Notes: generated by a model from the sequence alone, not told the origin. DNA of 64,000 nt from Thecamonas trahens ATCC 50062 (GCF_000142905.1 NW_013657667.1:6801-70800), one strand, 5' to 3'; shown: positions 34,778 through 47,178, counted from the first letter of the stretch. Translations and numbers: made by a program.

Positions 34778-36673
34778 CTGCTGATGTGGCTGGCCTGGCT
34801 CCATCGAACCCGGCTGGTGGAGGACAGGAAGTTCAAGGAGTACTACATTGTGGTGACAGGCGAGGTCTTCTCGTTTGCCAAGAGCAAGGAGGACTTTGAC
34901 AAGGGCAAAGCCCGTGGCGAGATCTGCTTCACCGACGTCAAGGGCATTATCTTCCCCACCACCCATGAGGAAGCATTTGCGGCCGAAGAGACGTCGGGCT
35001 TTGACATTGTCCACGCCGAGCCAACCAAGAAGGGCAAGGAGAAGATTGTCACGTACACGTTCCACGGCCAGGATGCCAAGCAGACGTTTGACTGGTTCAA
35101 GGCGGTCAAGGAGGCGTACCTCAAGCACCCCAAGATCGTCGAGGAGAACGCCGTGCCCATCCCGCCGGTCAAGCCGCCGCAGCCGGAGACCATGACGCCG
35201 GAGCAAGAGGTCGAGTGGGAGGACAAGATGGAAGAGTACGAGCTTGCCAAGTACAACTTTTGGTCCGCCACCTCGGTCCGCCATCCCAACTCGAAAACAA
35301 CTGTCGGCTACGTGCCCCGCAAGCTACGCAAGAAAAACGTTGAGCCCGAGGACGCCACGAGGTCCGGCCGCAAAAAGCTCTCCAAGGCCGAGGTCTTGGC
35401 CGCCAAGTCGAGCGAGGCGACAGCGTCGGCGCCAGTGCCGGGAGCCGCCCCTGGCGCGGGTGCCCCCATCCCCGGCATGCCGCCACCGGCGGCTGCGCCC
35501 GCACCGATTGCCGGCTTCCCGCCGCCTTCGGCGGCGCCTGCTATGCCGGCTATGCCGGTCATGATGCCTGGCGACCCGGCGATGCAGGTCCAGCTGCCTG
35601 GTATGGACGGCGCCGCTGGCTTCTTCCCGCCGCCACCCGACGACGCCTTTGACCTTCCACCGCCGCCGGACCCTGACATGATGGACATGATGCCGCCTAT
35701 GCCCGACGCCGTGCCTGCCCCGGTTCCTGGTGGCGTCGCCATGTTCCCGCCGCCGGCCGGCGACTTTCCGCCACCGATGGCTGGTATCCCGCCGCCGGCC
35801 GACGATCTCCCGCCGCCGGTCCCAGGTGGCATCGCCATGTTCCCGCCGCCGGCCGGTGACTTCCCGCCGCCGATGGCTGGTATCCCGCCGCCGGCCGACG
35901 ATCTCCCGCCGCCGGTCCCAGGTGGCATCCCCATGTTCCCGCCGCCGGCAGACGACGTTCCGCCGCCGATGGCTGGTATCCCGCCGCCGGCTGACGACCT
36001 TCCGCCGCCGGTCCCAGGTGGCATCCCCATGTTCCCGCCGCCGGCAGACGACCTTCCGCCGCCGATGGCCGGTATCCCGCCACCAGTCAACGACATCCCG
36101 CCGCCGATGCCTGTCGCCATCCCTTCCTTCCCTCCCCCGGTCGACGATGTGCCGCCACCCATGCCGTCGCCAGTTGCTGCTACACCGAATCCTGCCCCGG
36201 CCCCAGCTCCTGTTCCGGCTGCCAAGCCCTCCCCGCCGATCCCCGCAGCCAAGCCCGCGCCTGCCGTCCCCGCCCCGGCCCCGCCGATCCCCGCCGCCAA
36301 GCCGGCCCCTGCCCCGACTCCCATCCCCGCCGCCAAGCCGGCCCCTGCCCCGACTCCAATCCCCGCCGCCAAGCCGGCCCCTGCCCCGACTCCCATCCCC
36401 GCCGCCAAGCCGGCCCCTGCCCCGACTCCAATCCCCGCCGCCAAGCCGGCCCCTGCCCCGACTTCAATCCCCGCCGCCAAGCCGGCCCCAACTCCTGCCC
36501 CCGCCCCGACCCCGGCCCCGGCCCCCGCCCCGGCCCCGGCCCCTGTTCAGGAAGAAGTCTGGCAGGCTGTGTGGAGCCCGCCGCACAACGCATACTATTA
36601 CTTCTCCAAGGCCACACACGAGACGGTGTGGGTCGCTCCGGTCAACGGACGCATCATCTACCCCGGCCAATAA
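34009..36673 (+). CDS. PH domain + FPPP/proline-rich repeats + C-terminal WW domain. Exon1 34009-34130, intron 34131-34827
   Basis: The GTACGT..CAG splice gives KAKLKKFKEYYIVV. PH ends DWFKAVKEA. WW: WQAVWSPPHNAYYYFSKATHETVWVAP. Confidence 0.8.
35715..36545 (+). repeat. Coding repeats: (VPGGIAMFPPPAGDFPPPMAGIPPPADDLPPP)x~4, then 36-bp (PIPAAKPAPAPT)x~6
   Basis: Direct repeats visible in both DNA and protein. Confidence 0.9.
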
Positions 36674-36687
36674 GCTTCCCCTGCACA

Positions 36688-39072
36688 TCACGAATGAACC
36701 AAATACGGTTGGAGCGAGTCGATCTGAAGTGTCGCGCGCACAACGCTGGCATCCACCTCGATAACACGCCCGAACACAGGGACCTCTGCTGCTCCCGGCT
36801 GCGTGCCGAGTCCGAAACCAGGGCTCGCCACTTCGACCACCGACAGCGCGTCGAGTGCGGGCATGCCTCTAGTCACTGCGTACAACTCCATCGCCGCCGC
36901 AAACGCCTCGCTCGGGCTAGCAAACCATCGCAAAAAGCGCGACGCCCAGTAGCCACGAAGGACAGGATGAGGTATGACCTTGAGCCGAGTGAACACTGCC
37001 TGGATCGAGAGCCAGAGCCGGTCATGTACACGCAACTCGCGCAGGTCTGACACGGTGTACTCGGCGTCGCGGGTGTCGTCCGCATGCGCCTCGAGGCTAT
37101 CGCGGATCCAGGCCGGAAGAGAGAGGTAGCCGCCGTCCAGTGGAGCGTACGCCGCCATCCTTGCCATAGCCTCCCGATCGACCACAAAGGCGTCCATAAG
37201 CGCGTGCCGCGTCGCCATCGAGCAGCCGGCCCGGATGCATGCCACAACAACCGATGGCCCCGAAAGCGCACCGTGTCGCACATCTGCCAGTAGCGGTATC
37301 ACTGGTGCAGTGGTCGCTTGAAGAAATAGCCGCCCGAGGTCTAGCCCGAGCACTCGTTTGGCCTCGGCGTCGACGTCCGCACCTGCCCGCGGCTCGATGG
37401 CAGCCAGCCGCCTGCACGCCGCAAAGCGAGGGTCGTTCATCAGAGCCGTTGGGAGGAACAGCTCACTATCAGAGCCGTACTGGAAGAGCGGTGCGGCGAT
37501 CTGAGCAGGCAGTGCTGGATGGACTTTGTCGCCCATCGAGAGCGTGTCCGAGACCCAGACCCGCTGCTTGACCTCGAGCGCGGCGCCGAGCTCCGCCTTG
37601 GGCACCACCCGCGCCCGCGGAAGTGCCGTGTGCGGAAGACATGCGTCAGATTCAAAGCCAAACAGCGGTGCACTGCCGTTTGCCGCCAATTGCGCGGCAA
37701 CAGCCTCCAGCAGCGGATCGGCCGGTCCAGCAAGCGGGACGTCAGTAAAGACGTAGAGCGGTGCAAAGGCGGTCAGGAGTTGGAGCAACAGACCCACATG
37801 GTCATCGACCTTGGGTGGAACCATCATCGCTAGTGTCGGCACTCGCCAACGGTCGGCAACCACAGCAAGGAACTGCATCACCGCGTTCACAGTCGCAGCC
37901 TCGTTCGTGCTGACGAGTGCGATTACCAGCAGCGGCAGTCGCGTAGCCTCGGCCTCGCGCATCGCTGCATGCAGCGCCCAGTTGTGCGCCGTCCGTGCTG
38001 TGCTCCGCACCCAGTACACCACACATCGTGGCTCGTGCGGAAGCTCGCCCACCTCGCTTGGTACCCAGTACTCGACCGCCCTCGCGCGCAACTTGCCAGG
38101 CCAGCCGAGACTCGGCAGACATGTCGGGAGTATCGGCGGCACAGTCTGTGGATTCGGGGCCGCATCACGGATGCCGCTAGCCAGCCCAGCTGCCGACGCC
38201 ATCGCAACGGTCGTTTCCAACTTGACCGCTCCTGTCCGTCCGCGGCGCGCCTTGCCTGGGTAAACCGCCCGAGGCCCGGCCGAGAACAGCGACTCGCGAT
38301 TCGCCGCTGGGGCCAGGTGCAGTGACAGCGGCAGCGCTAGATTGTGTTCAAGCTTCATCTTGGCTCGCGGCCGCTCTGGCGCAATGCGAGTTAGCTCAGG
38401 GGGGAGGTGGTGCCGGGCCAGTGGCGACGAAGTCAGTGGCGACTCCGATCGCCTTAGCGGGCGTGGACGCTTGCTTGGCGGCGACTCTGACTCGCTCGCA
38501 TCAAGCGCCGGTGGGCTCTCTGACGGCGGCACGCCCACGACAGCGTCATTATCGGCCCTCAGCAACTTGCGCTTCCGCGAGCCAGGCCTCCGCCCCGCGA
38601 GAGCAAAAGCAATGGGCGCCCCGCCCGTTGCAGGCGCAGCGATGAGTTCGGATGCCGCAAACGCAGTGCTACCGACACCAACATGTGATTCTTCCTCGCG
38701 CGCCGGAGCATGACGCACACCACGCACCGCGTTGTCCTTGGTGGTAGTGTCATCGAGCTTGATGGCGTGCCCATCACTGGGTGGACTGCCACCGCCAACA
38801 CCGCCATGGCTCCATCGGGGCAAAACCTTGGTCTCGTCGATGTCTCCACCTTGACGACGAGTGTTGCCATCCTCTTGGGTACTGTCTCCTCCCGCCGCCT
38901 GCTCCTTCAGTGCTTGCCAGAGACCAGGAGGCAGGGGCGCCGACGAGGTGTCGAGGAGGCGCACAGGTTGCCCGGATGGGGACAGGGTGAGACGGGTGGG
39001 GAACTCGCCCAGTGCCTGAAACGACGACATGGCTTGGACGAGGGGCGTGTGTGGTGCTCTTGGTGTGGTCAT
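36688..39072 (-). CDS. Divergent class II CPD photolyase-like protein with a long disordered N-terminus (start uncertain)
   Basis: VVYWVRSTARTAHNWALHAA, LPAWIRDSLEAHADDTR..Y, HDRLW, RGYWASRFLRWFASPSEA and PVFGRV occur in class II photolyase motif order. Confidence 0.7.
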   Translation of the reverse strand: MTTPRAPHTPLVQAMSSFQALGEFPTRLTLSPSGQPVRLLDTSSAPLPPGLWQALKEQAAGGDSTQEDGNTRRQGGDIDETKVLPRWSHGGVGGGSPPSDGHAIKLDDTTTKDNAVRGVRHAPAREEESHVGVGSTAFAASELIAAPATGGAPIAFALAGRRPGSRKRKLLRADNDAVVGVPPSESPPALDASESESPPSKRPRPLRRSESPLTSSPLARHHLPPELTRIAPERPRAKMKLEHNLALPLSLHLAPAANRESLFSAGPRAVYPGKARRGRTGAVKLETTVAMASAAGLASGIRDAAPNPQTVPPILPTCLPSLGWPGKLRARAVEYWVPSEVGELPHEPRCVVYWVRSTARTAHNWALHAAMREAEATRLPLLVIALVSTNEAATVNAVMQFLAVVADRWRVPTLAMMVPPKVDDHVGLLLQLLTAFAPLYVFTDVPLAGPADPLLEAVAAQLAANGSAPLFGFESDACLPHTALPRARVVPKAELGAALEVKQRVWVSDTLSMGDKVHPALPAQIAAPLFQYGSDSELFLPTALMNDPRFAACRRLAAIEPRAGADVDAEAKRVLGLDLGRLFLQATTAPVIPLLADVRHGALSGPSVVVACIRAGCSMATRHALMDAFVVDREAMARMAAYAPLDGGYLSLPAWIRDSLEAHADDTRDAEYTVSDLRELRVHDRLWLSIQAVFTRLKVIPHPVLRGYWASRFLRWFASPSEAFAAAMELYAVTRGMPALDALSVVEVASPGFGLGTQPGAAEVPVFGRVIEVDASVVRATLQIDSLQPYLVHS

Positions 39073-39205
39073 GGTGGTAAGCGTGGTGGTGGTCGGCGTG
39101 GGCTTGCCTCGCTCGGCCTTGGCCGTGAGTCGAGTGGCGGTGGTGCCCGACCGCGGTGCGACTACAGCACTCTCCTGCTGCACACTGGTGTTTGACTTGC
39201 ACTCA

Positions 39206-42081
39206 CTACATGTCCATCTCCTGGAGATAGTCCTGGTAGACGGTGCGACGGACGCGATCCTCAAAGTCGCGGATCTGGGCGTCAAGGCCGGCCTTGACAC
39301 GGCGGTTGTTGCAGACCGAGACGAGGACACGCTCGCGGTCGCGCATGACGCCGAGGAGTCGGGTCGCGCCCTCATCGCCGATGAGGTTCTCGTTGAGGAA
39401 GAGCTGGGTGACGGTACGGTTGAGGTCGAGCGCGTCGGCGAGTGTGAGCGCGCCGAGGTCCGAGATGGCGTTGGCCTGGAGGCCAAGGTGCCGGAGCGCG
39501 ACGTTAGACATGAGCATGTTGGCGAGGACGGCGGCGCCAGCATCGGCGATGTCGTTGTTCTGTAGGACAAGACCCTGCAGGTGGTGCTGATGGTGGAGCG
39601 CCTGCGCAAGCGCAGCTGCGCCCGAGTCGCCGATGTGGTTGTACCCGAGGTCAAGCCACTTGATCCGTGCCCCGGCCTTGAGCGCGTCAGCAATGGCAAA
39701 CGCCGCGTCCGGACCGAGGTTGTTCTCGTTAAGGTCGACCGACCGGAGCGAGGCCAGCCGCGGTGCCATCCGTGCCTCGCGGAAGAGAAGGCCAGCTACC
39801 GCAGCGGCGCCCTCGTCGCCGAGATGTGCGTTCCAGAACCGCAGCCGGTGCAGGTTGGGGCAGTTGGCAAAGACATCGCAGAGGTTAGCGGTAGCTCCGG
39901 GAGAGATGGTGCACTTGGAGACGTCAACGTCCACAACCGAGGCCCGGTGGGGGATGAGTTGCAGCTCGCACATCTGCCGCGAGAGCTCATCGTCGAGCTT
40001 GAGGTGCCGCAGCTCGATGTGCCGAACAAGCGTGTCGGTGTCGACTGGCGCGCTCGCGAGGTCATCACTGGGGATGAGGCCAGGCGCCGAAGACGAGGTG
40101 GCAGCGACAACGGCCGGCGCGCTGGGTGCCGCGGGCGCCGCCGCTGCTGCCGCTGCCGCTGTGGCGACGTCGTCGTTCTTGGTGATGGCGACCGTGTTCG
40201 AAGCCGAGGCCCGCGATGCCGACGCCGCACTAGTGTCCTTGGCATCGCCGAGAAGCCGTGAAACGTGGCTGGTGAACTTGTCGACGGCTTCCGAGGCTTC
40301 CGCCACCAGGTCGCCGACCGACGCCTTGTCAAGCTCCTGCAGGATGGGTGAGACCGTGGCCAGTGCCTCCTTGACAAGCGTCTCAATCTGCTGTCGCGAG
40401 GTGAGGACCGCCTTGTAGTGCTCCTTGTACGAGTTACGCCGCGACTTGGCGATCGACTTGACAAGGTCGGCCTTGCGGCCCTCCTCGTACGGCGCCGAGA
40501 CAATGTTGCAGATCGCCTCGTCGGCGGCGAGGTTGATGCGCCCCACCGCAGACCGGATCTCGGCCACAAGCGCCGAGACAATTCGGAGGAGGTACCCCAG
40601 GTGGGTGTTGACCTCGCGGTGGCCGCAGATCGAGAGGTTACCGCCGGTGTTGGCGACTTGGACCGCCTGCGCAAACAGATCCTTGCACGCTGCAAGGTGC
40701 TGCAGCCGTCCAAGCAACGAGACAAAGGTCTCCATGACCAGCGGGTCGCGCAGAAAGAGCGGGAGCACGCCCGACGCGACTCCGGACGCCTGCTCGATCT
40801 GATCGAAAAAGTACCGTGGCGAGGTGTCGACCGATGGGACCGCAGCCTTGTACCGAAGGAACACACCCGGTGGCACAATCGAGGCTCCGCGGTGGTCGAC
40901 GAAAAAGTTGGCCGGCAGCGGGTGGCCTTGCCGCATGTACTCGTCCTCGGTGAGCGAGCGGACATCGTCCGCCCGCTCCAGCGCCACGCGTGCGTCCGGC
41001 GAGGTCAGCAGCTCGCGGACTGTGAGCGTGATGGCGGTCTTGTACTGCGAGTTGAGGTTGTCCACGTCGCGGTAGAGGACGTCGAGCGTCCGCGAGAGGT
41101 CATCCGTGTCGGCAAAGACCCGCATGCAGTACTTTGCCGACTCGTTGATGAGCATGTTGACCTTGTCCGACAGCTCCGAGAGCTGGTACGAGACCGAGAG
41201 GTCAGCAATGCCGTTGCGGATGAGCGGGATGAGCGTATCGTTGAGAATCGCCAACACCTGCAGGACCGTCTGCTCAAACGTCTCGGTTGTCCAGTTAAAG
41301 TGCTTCGACGGGTAGAAGAAGCCCGAAAAGATGACATGCTCTACATAGTCGCGCCGCGCCTCGGCCTCCTGCAGGCTCGCTTCGGTATCCATCGGCGACG
41401 ACGAAAACGCCACGATCCAGTCCTTGAGCTCATCCAGAAACAGGTGGGTCGGATCAGAGAGCTTGCCCTTGCGCGTCTTGCGCCGCGCCCGCGCCGCCTG
41501 GTACGAGCAAATCGTCCGCAACAGCGAGTCAAACACCGGCAACTTTCGCGAGAGCCGAGCCCGGTACGCATCTGACGAGAACGAGACCCGCGAGACTGCG
41601 TAGCTGGGCACGTACTGCCGCTTGAACTTAAACTGCTTCACCGCGTTAAAGTCCTCGTTGATGTACAGCTGCAGCGTAGATGAAAAGCGTGCCGTCGCGC
41701 CGACCAGAGACGGAGAGACCCGAGAGATCGGGAGGTATGAGTCATCCGAAGCCTTTGTGCTCCCGGCTGCCGACGACTTCTTCCCCTTCCCCCCCTCCTC
41801 CCTCCTCCCCCTCACTCTTCCTCGCCTCAAAAACTTACTCTGTACGCCTGTTCGATGCGGTCGATCTGGTTCCGCTTCCTTGCCGAGTACCGCTTGAGCC
41901 TACGGAATGCAGCTCTTCCGGCAGCGACAAGAAAGCCAGATGCCACCGCTCCAGTCGCTGCTGCTGCGGCAGGGTTGGCCTTGGCCAGCGCCACGCCCTG
42001 TTCCAGAACCGACTTGTCGCCGGCCGAGCTCGCTCCAGCTTCGCCCTTACCCTTGTCGGGCGCCGCTCCTCCAGAAGACAT
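39206..42081 (-). CDS. Protein with an unknown helical N-terminal region and C-terminal RI-like (NLRC3-type) LRRs. Exon1 42081-41839, intron 41838-41669
   Basis: GTAAGT..CAG phase-0 intron. 28-residue repeats LxxLxLxxNxIGDxGAxxLAxAL. Confidence 0.82.
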
Positions 42082-42554
42082 AGCTATCGTCCTTTGGCGA
42101 ACACAGGAGGCACAAGTGTGTTGAAGAGGGAGAGAGGCTTAATAGTTGAGTGTCGTCACTTCCCGTCGTCGCTCTCTCCACCTCCCTCCCCCTGCGCCTC
42201 CGTCTCGCTCTCCTCCCAGGCGCCACGCACGCCGACTGCAAAGGAACATGACCATTCGCCGCTTGAGCGCTTTGTTTTCGCAGCCTCTCCGCACACAACG
42301 CGACCGCCACCCGTCACTCGGCAGAATCAAGGCGCCATGGTTCAATGACCATGAGTCATCGCGTGCAGTTGCTCCACCACCGTGTCCCCACTCCCCCCAG
42401 ACCTCACACCCGCCCCCGCCCTCACCACCCTCACACGCCCACCTCCGCCCCCGTGCTACGACCATTCGACTCTACCCCCGTCCATTACGCGACACACCCT
42501 TTTTTGTCACAACACGAACTCCGCTTCACCCGCTGCCTCAGGTCCGAGACTACC

Positions 42555-43620
42555 ATGAGCAGTGAACGTGGTGTGGGCAACCGGGTGGGTGAGCAGGTGG
42601 GCGACTACGTCATTGCCAAGAAGATTGGACAGGGCATGTTCTCCACAGCAGTCTACCAAGCACATGCAGTAGATAAGGAAGACGAGGTGGTGGCCATCAA
42701 GGAAATTGATATCTTCTCAAACTCCAAAGAAGAGCGGGAGTCCATTCTCCATGAGGTCGAGCTTCTCAAGGTACTTTACCCGTTGCTTGCCCTGCCTTCC
42801 TTCTCTCCTCCTCACCCACCACCGCCACCCCCTCCACATACCACATGCCACACTCACCCCTCCCCCCTACCCCACACCCCCACCCCACACCCCCCACACA
42901 CACACCCTTCACACCCCGCATGCCTCTCATCTTGGCCTTGTCGGCACACTTGCGCAGAGCTTCAACCATCCGAACATTGTGCGGTACTTTGACTCGTTTA
43001 TCGACTCGAACACCAACAACCTGTACATTGTTATGGAGTACGCCCAGTGTGGCGATCTGAGACGGATCATCGAAAAGGCAAGGGCGCGAAACACTCCGCT
43101 GGCAGAGCGGACCATTTGGAAGGTCTACTTTCAGATCTGCAACGGCCTCCGCTACATGCACGAGCGGAAGATCATGCATCGTGACCTCAAGCCGGCAAAC
43201 ATCTTTGTCTCGTCGGGCGGCAAGGCCAAGCTCGGCGACATGGGCCTCGGCCGCGAGCTCTCGTCCACCACTGGACACGTGTTTACCATGGTCGGCACGC
43301 CCTTCTACATGGCACCCGAGCGCATCGCCGAGGAGGGCTACAACATGGCTGCAGACATCTGGTCGCTCGGCTGCATCCTCTACGAGATGGCTGCTCTCCG
43401 CAACCCGTTCTTCCGCGAAGGCATCGACCTCATCTCGCTCATGTCCATCATCACCGCCGCAGACTATGCCCCGCTTCCAGAGGACACTTACTCGGAGGCC
43501 CTGCGTTCGCTCGTCGACTCGATGCTGGTTACCAACCCCGACGATCGGCCAACCGCCAAGCACGTCTTCCGAACTGCTCGATCTCAAGTTGAGTCGCTCC
43601 TTTCTGCGTCATCAAGTTAA
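42555..43620 (+). CDS. NIMA-related kinase, NEK6/7-like. Exon1 42555-42770, intron 42771-42957
   Basis: Motifs IGQGMFS, VAIKEI, HPNIVRY, ERTIWK, MHRDLKPANIF, KLGDMGLGR, GTPFYMAPERI, DIWSLGCILYEMAAL. Kinase-only architecture. Confidence 0.88.
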
Positions 43621-44013
43621 CACCATCGCCTCCCTCCCACCCGCCCGCCTTCCAAATGTCCCAATCTCGCCGCAAACCAACCGAAAGAGCACGGAGCACA
43701 CTGGATCTTCCGCCACTTTCGCCTAACCCGCACGCCTTCACCACCGCTCTCGACGCCTGCAGCCAGACACTTTCATACAAAGCCGGCTGCAGGTGAAGAG
43801 ACACTCACTTGCATAACGTATGTTACCTCGCTACCTTCTTCATCCCTTTCTCTGCTCTGCCTGTCCAACGAGCCTCCCCGCTTCCCGCACCCCCCCCCCC
43901 CCCCCCCCCCGCCCCCTGTTCCTCCGCATACTTGACGCGCCTCACTCTGCTGTCACTCACATGTTGTCAGGAAACGATCCCACAGCGCGAGACACACGGC
44001 TAGTTGAATCGGC

Positions 44014-46535
44014 ATGTCTGCTGTTGTTCGAGGCCTCAAATCGGTTGTCTCGGCGCTGACAGACATCAACCCTGCGACACTCTCGGGCGCCATCGATGTG
44101 GTGGCTACAAAGCACCCGGACGGTCACATCGAGTCGACGCCGTGGCATGTCCGCTTTGGCAAGATGCAGATCTTCTCTGCATCCGCCACCCCTGTGGTCC
44201 GCATTCGCGTCAATGACAAGGAGACGGACCTGGCCATGGTCGTCGGCCATGCCGGCGAAGCCTACTTTATCTCGCAAGAGGAGGCGGCTCACCTCGAGGC
44301 GGCGGCTAGCGGAAGCGCGGGCGGAGGTGAGACCGAGACAAACAACGCGCTTGACTCGGACGATGAACCAGACTCGACCAGTAGTGACATCGCGCTGCCG
44401 GCGCCACATGCTGTTATTCGTGATGACTCCATCTCTGGCGGGCCGAGCGGCGAGCTTGTCCTGCCCGAGTCGCGCCTCGCCTCGGCCGAGCCGTCGCCGG
44501 TCTCTTCCACCGCAGCTTCGATCAATGGCGAGCTGACCGACGACCCCGACGCCGACGACGATGACAATAGCAACGACGACGACGACGGCGACGATGAAGA
44601 CGACGACGATCTCGCCGGCCCGGCCATGTTCGCCTTTGACGAAGACTCTACAAATGGCTCGCCAGAGCGCGAGAGCACAGACAGCGCCAGCGGGCGGTTC
44701 GCGCCGCTGAGTGTTGAGCGTGTTGCTGCCCACAACCTGTCGCAACAGAGCAGCGTGGCGACAAACTCGCCCGCAATTGACGCGCTCTCGCCGCGGTCTG
44801 ATGGCGTGCTCGAGACTGACATTCCGCGCTCGTCACGGCGATGGGAGTGGCAGTGGGGCGAGGGACCCGAGCGGCGCGAGGAGGCTGCGGGCGTCGACGC
44901 TGGCATCCACGTTCCGGGCTCGTTCCATCGCCACGGCTCGGGGCGGGTCGCCACCCTCAAGCAGCGAGCAGTCTCAGCTTCGCCAGAGCTCATCTCGCGC
45001 TCGCTGCCAGACATGAGCACCGCGCCGGCAACCGAAAAGTACGACGAGATGAACACATCAGTCCGCGAGGTACTGATGACGCGGACGCCGGCGTCGCCGC
45101 GGCGCTCGCGTGGCTGGTCGTCGTTCATCAAGTCGCTTTTCTTTTCGTCGTCGTCGACAACGTCTCGGGCCGACAAGGCCGGTCAAAGCGACGCCACAAG
45201 TCACGGCGACGCGTCGACGTCGTCGGCGCCGGTCGGTACTGGCAACGTCACCGACTCGACGCAGGCCTCGTCGCCGGCGCAGCTCACTGCGCTTTTGAAT
45301 GGCGGCTCGGTCCGCGTCGAACTCTCAGCATGCGGTGAGCTGCTGACCAGTGACGAAGCCACGGGTCTGAGCTACGCCGAGGCGTGTGCCATCTTTGACG
45401 CCCACGCCATTTCGTTTGAAGCCTTTGCCGCCGACCCGGTGACCCACACCCGTGACGCCTCGCACATTTTCCGCATCAACGACTCGTTCTATGTGTGGTC
45501 GGTGGCGGCGCCAATCATCTTTGCCAAGGTTCTGTTCAACCGCCCGCTCCCTGCCGATGCATTTGACGGCCAACCAGAGCTGAGCTTTGACTCTGGCAAC
45601 GACGCGTTTTTGACGCCGCAGGCGAGTAGCACACCGCCACTGCCGACCAATCCGCTCTCGACATCAATGCCATCGATGCCGTCGGTGCCGTCAGGCGAGC
45701 TCGGAGAGAGCGGAGAAAATGATAGCGCCGAGGACGCTGAGGCATGTGTGGCTGCCGAGGACGCGCTGACGATGCAGCGGCGACAGAAGCGGCTGGTTCC
45801 GACGCCCGAAGAACTGGCCTCGCTTGATCTGCACGACGGCGCCAACGAGCTCACCTTTGTGGTCCGCGGCTGGCGCGGGACGTGTGAGCAGCGCGCGTTT
45901 CTCTACCTGTGGTCCGCAACGAACTCGCGGGTGGTTGTCTCTGACCTCGACGGAACAGTGACCTCGTCGGATGCGCTCGGTCACGTCCTCCCTGTCCTCG
46001 GCGTCCAGTGGGCTCACTCGGGCGTGTCAAAACTCTTTGACGCCATCGTCTCCAATGGCTACAAGATCGTGTTTCTCTCCTCGCGCGCCATCGGGCAAAT
46101 GGGCCTCACACGGTCGTACATGGACTGGGTCTCCGAGGACGGCGTCCACCTCCCGCCGGGTCCCATCCTTGTCTCGCCTGACCGGCTCTTCACCTCGTTT
46201 CACCGCGAGGTCATTCTCCGCAAGCCCGAGGAGTTCAAGATCGCGTGCCTCCGCTCGCTCCGCTCGGTCTTCCCGGCCCAGGTCAACCCGTTCCACGCCG
46301 GCTTTGGCAACCGAATCACCGACGCCATCGCCTACGCCGAGGTCGGCATCCCCACCTCTCGCACATTTATCATCGACCACCGCGGCAAGGTCGTCCGCGA
46401 GAACCTCCCGTCCACCACCTACAAGGAGCTCAAGGAGCGGGTCGACTACGTCTTTCCGGTGGTCACTCAGGAGAGGACGACGACGCCGTGGCGCCGTCTG
46501 ATGAGTATGGCGACTTTCTCTTTTGGAAGATGTAG
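44014..46535 (+). CDS. LPIN: Lipin / phosphatidate phosphatase. True stop probably 46535 after a frameshift at ~46470
   Basis: N-LIP: INPATLSGAIDV..HVRFGK. HAD motif SDLDGTVTSSDALGH, plus HREVI.RKPEEFKIACL and AGFGNRITD. The conserved-looking tail EYGDFLFWK lies in the -1 frame. Confidence 0.92.
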
Positions 46536-46786
46536 GCCATGCACATACCGTGGCCCTCCACCCCGAAAGAAAAGAAAAATAATGAAAATACTTCGATGTC
46601 CTGAATCACCCGTATCCCGTCCCACAGTCGTCGTAACCCGCTCGTGCGCCCGTCTCCCTCCACCACCTCACCACCACCCGCCACCAGCGCCAGTACGAAA
46701 ACAGTACGAACCCGCTCACTACCATACCCTCTCCCCCCCCATACACACACCTCCACACTCTCCCCCTCCCCCTCCCCCCCCCCCCC

Positions 46787-46886
46787 NNNNNNNNNNNNNN
46801 NNNNNNNNNNNNNNNNNNNNNNNNNNNNNNNNNNNNNNNNNNNNNNNNNNNNNNNNNNNNNNNNNNNNNNNNNNNNNNNNNNNNNN
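46787..46886. other. Assembly gap (N run)
   Basis: 100 N after poly-C. Confidence 0.99.
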
Positions 46887-47113
46887 TTCCCCATTCCTCC
46901 TCGCTGTCACCACCTTGGCTTCGGTCGGTCGCATGGACCGTGCTCGCACCACCACTTTGCTTCCGCAGTGGTGACTCTCATCATTATTCGTTGGCCACTT
47001 TGAATACTCCCTCCCACCCTCCTCCTCCCCACCGAGCCACTCGCATGCAGCCATACAGACAGTGTACCATTTCCAAAGGGGAGTAGCGATCCCAGTAGGA
47101 CCAGTACGGGTTC

Positions 47114-47114
<1 letters not shown>

Positions 47115-47155
<41 letters not shown>

Positions 47156-47178
47156 CATATATTCTCTCTCTCTCTCTC
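47115..47178 (+). repeat. (CA)n followed by (CT)n microsatellite
   Basis: Direct inspection. Confidence 0.9.

Noticed and set aside
36688-39699. 1003-aa ORF overlapping the 3' end of the LRR gene
   Set aside because: The first ~200 aa are an alternate-frame read of the neighbouring gene. The real start is probably 39072 or 39030.
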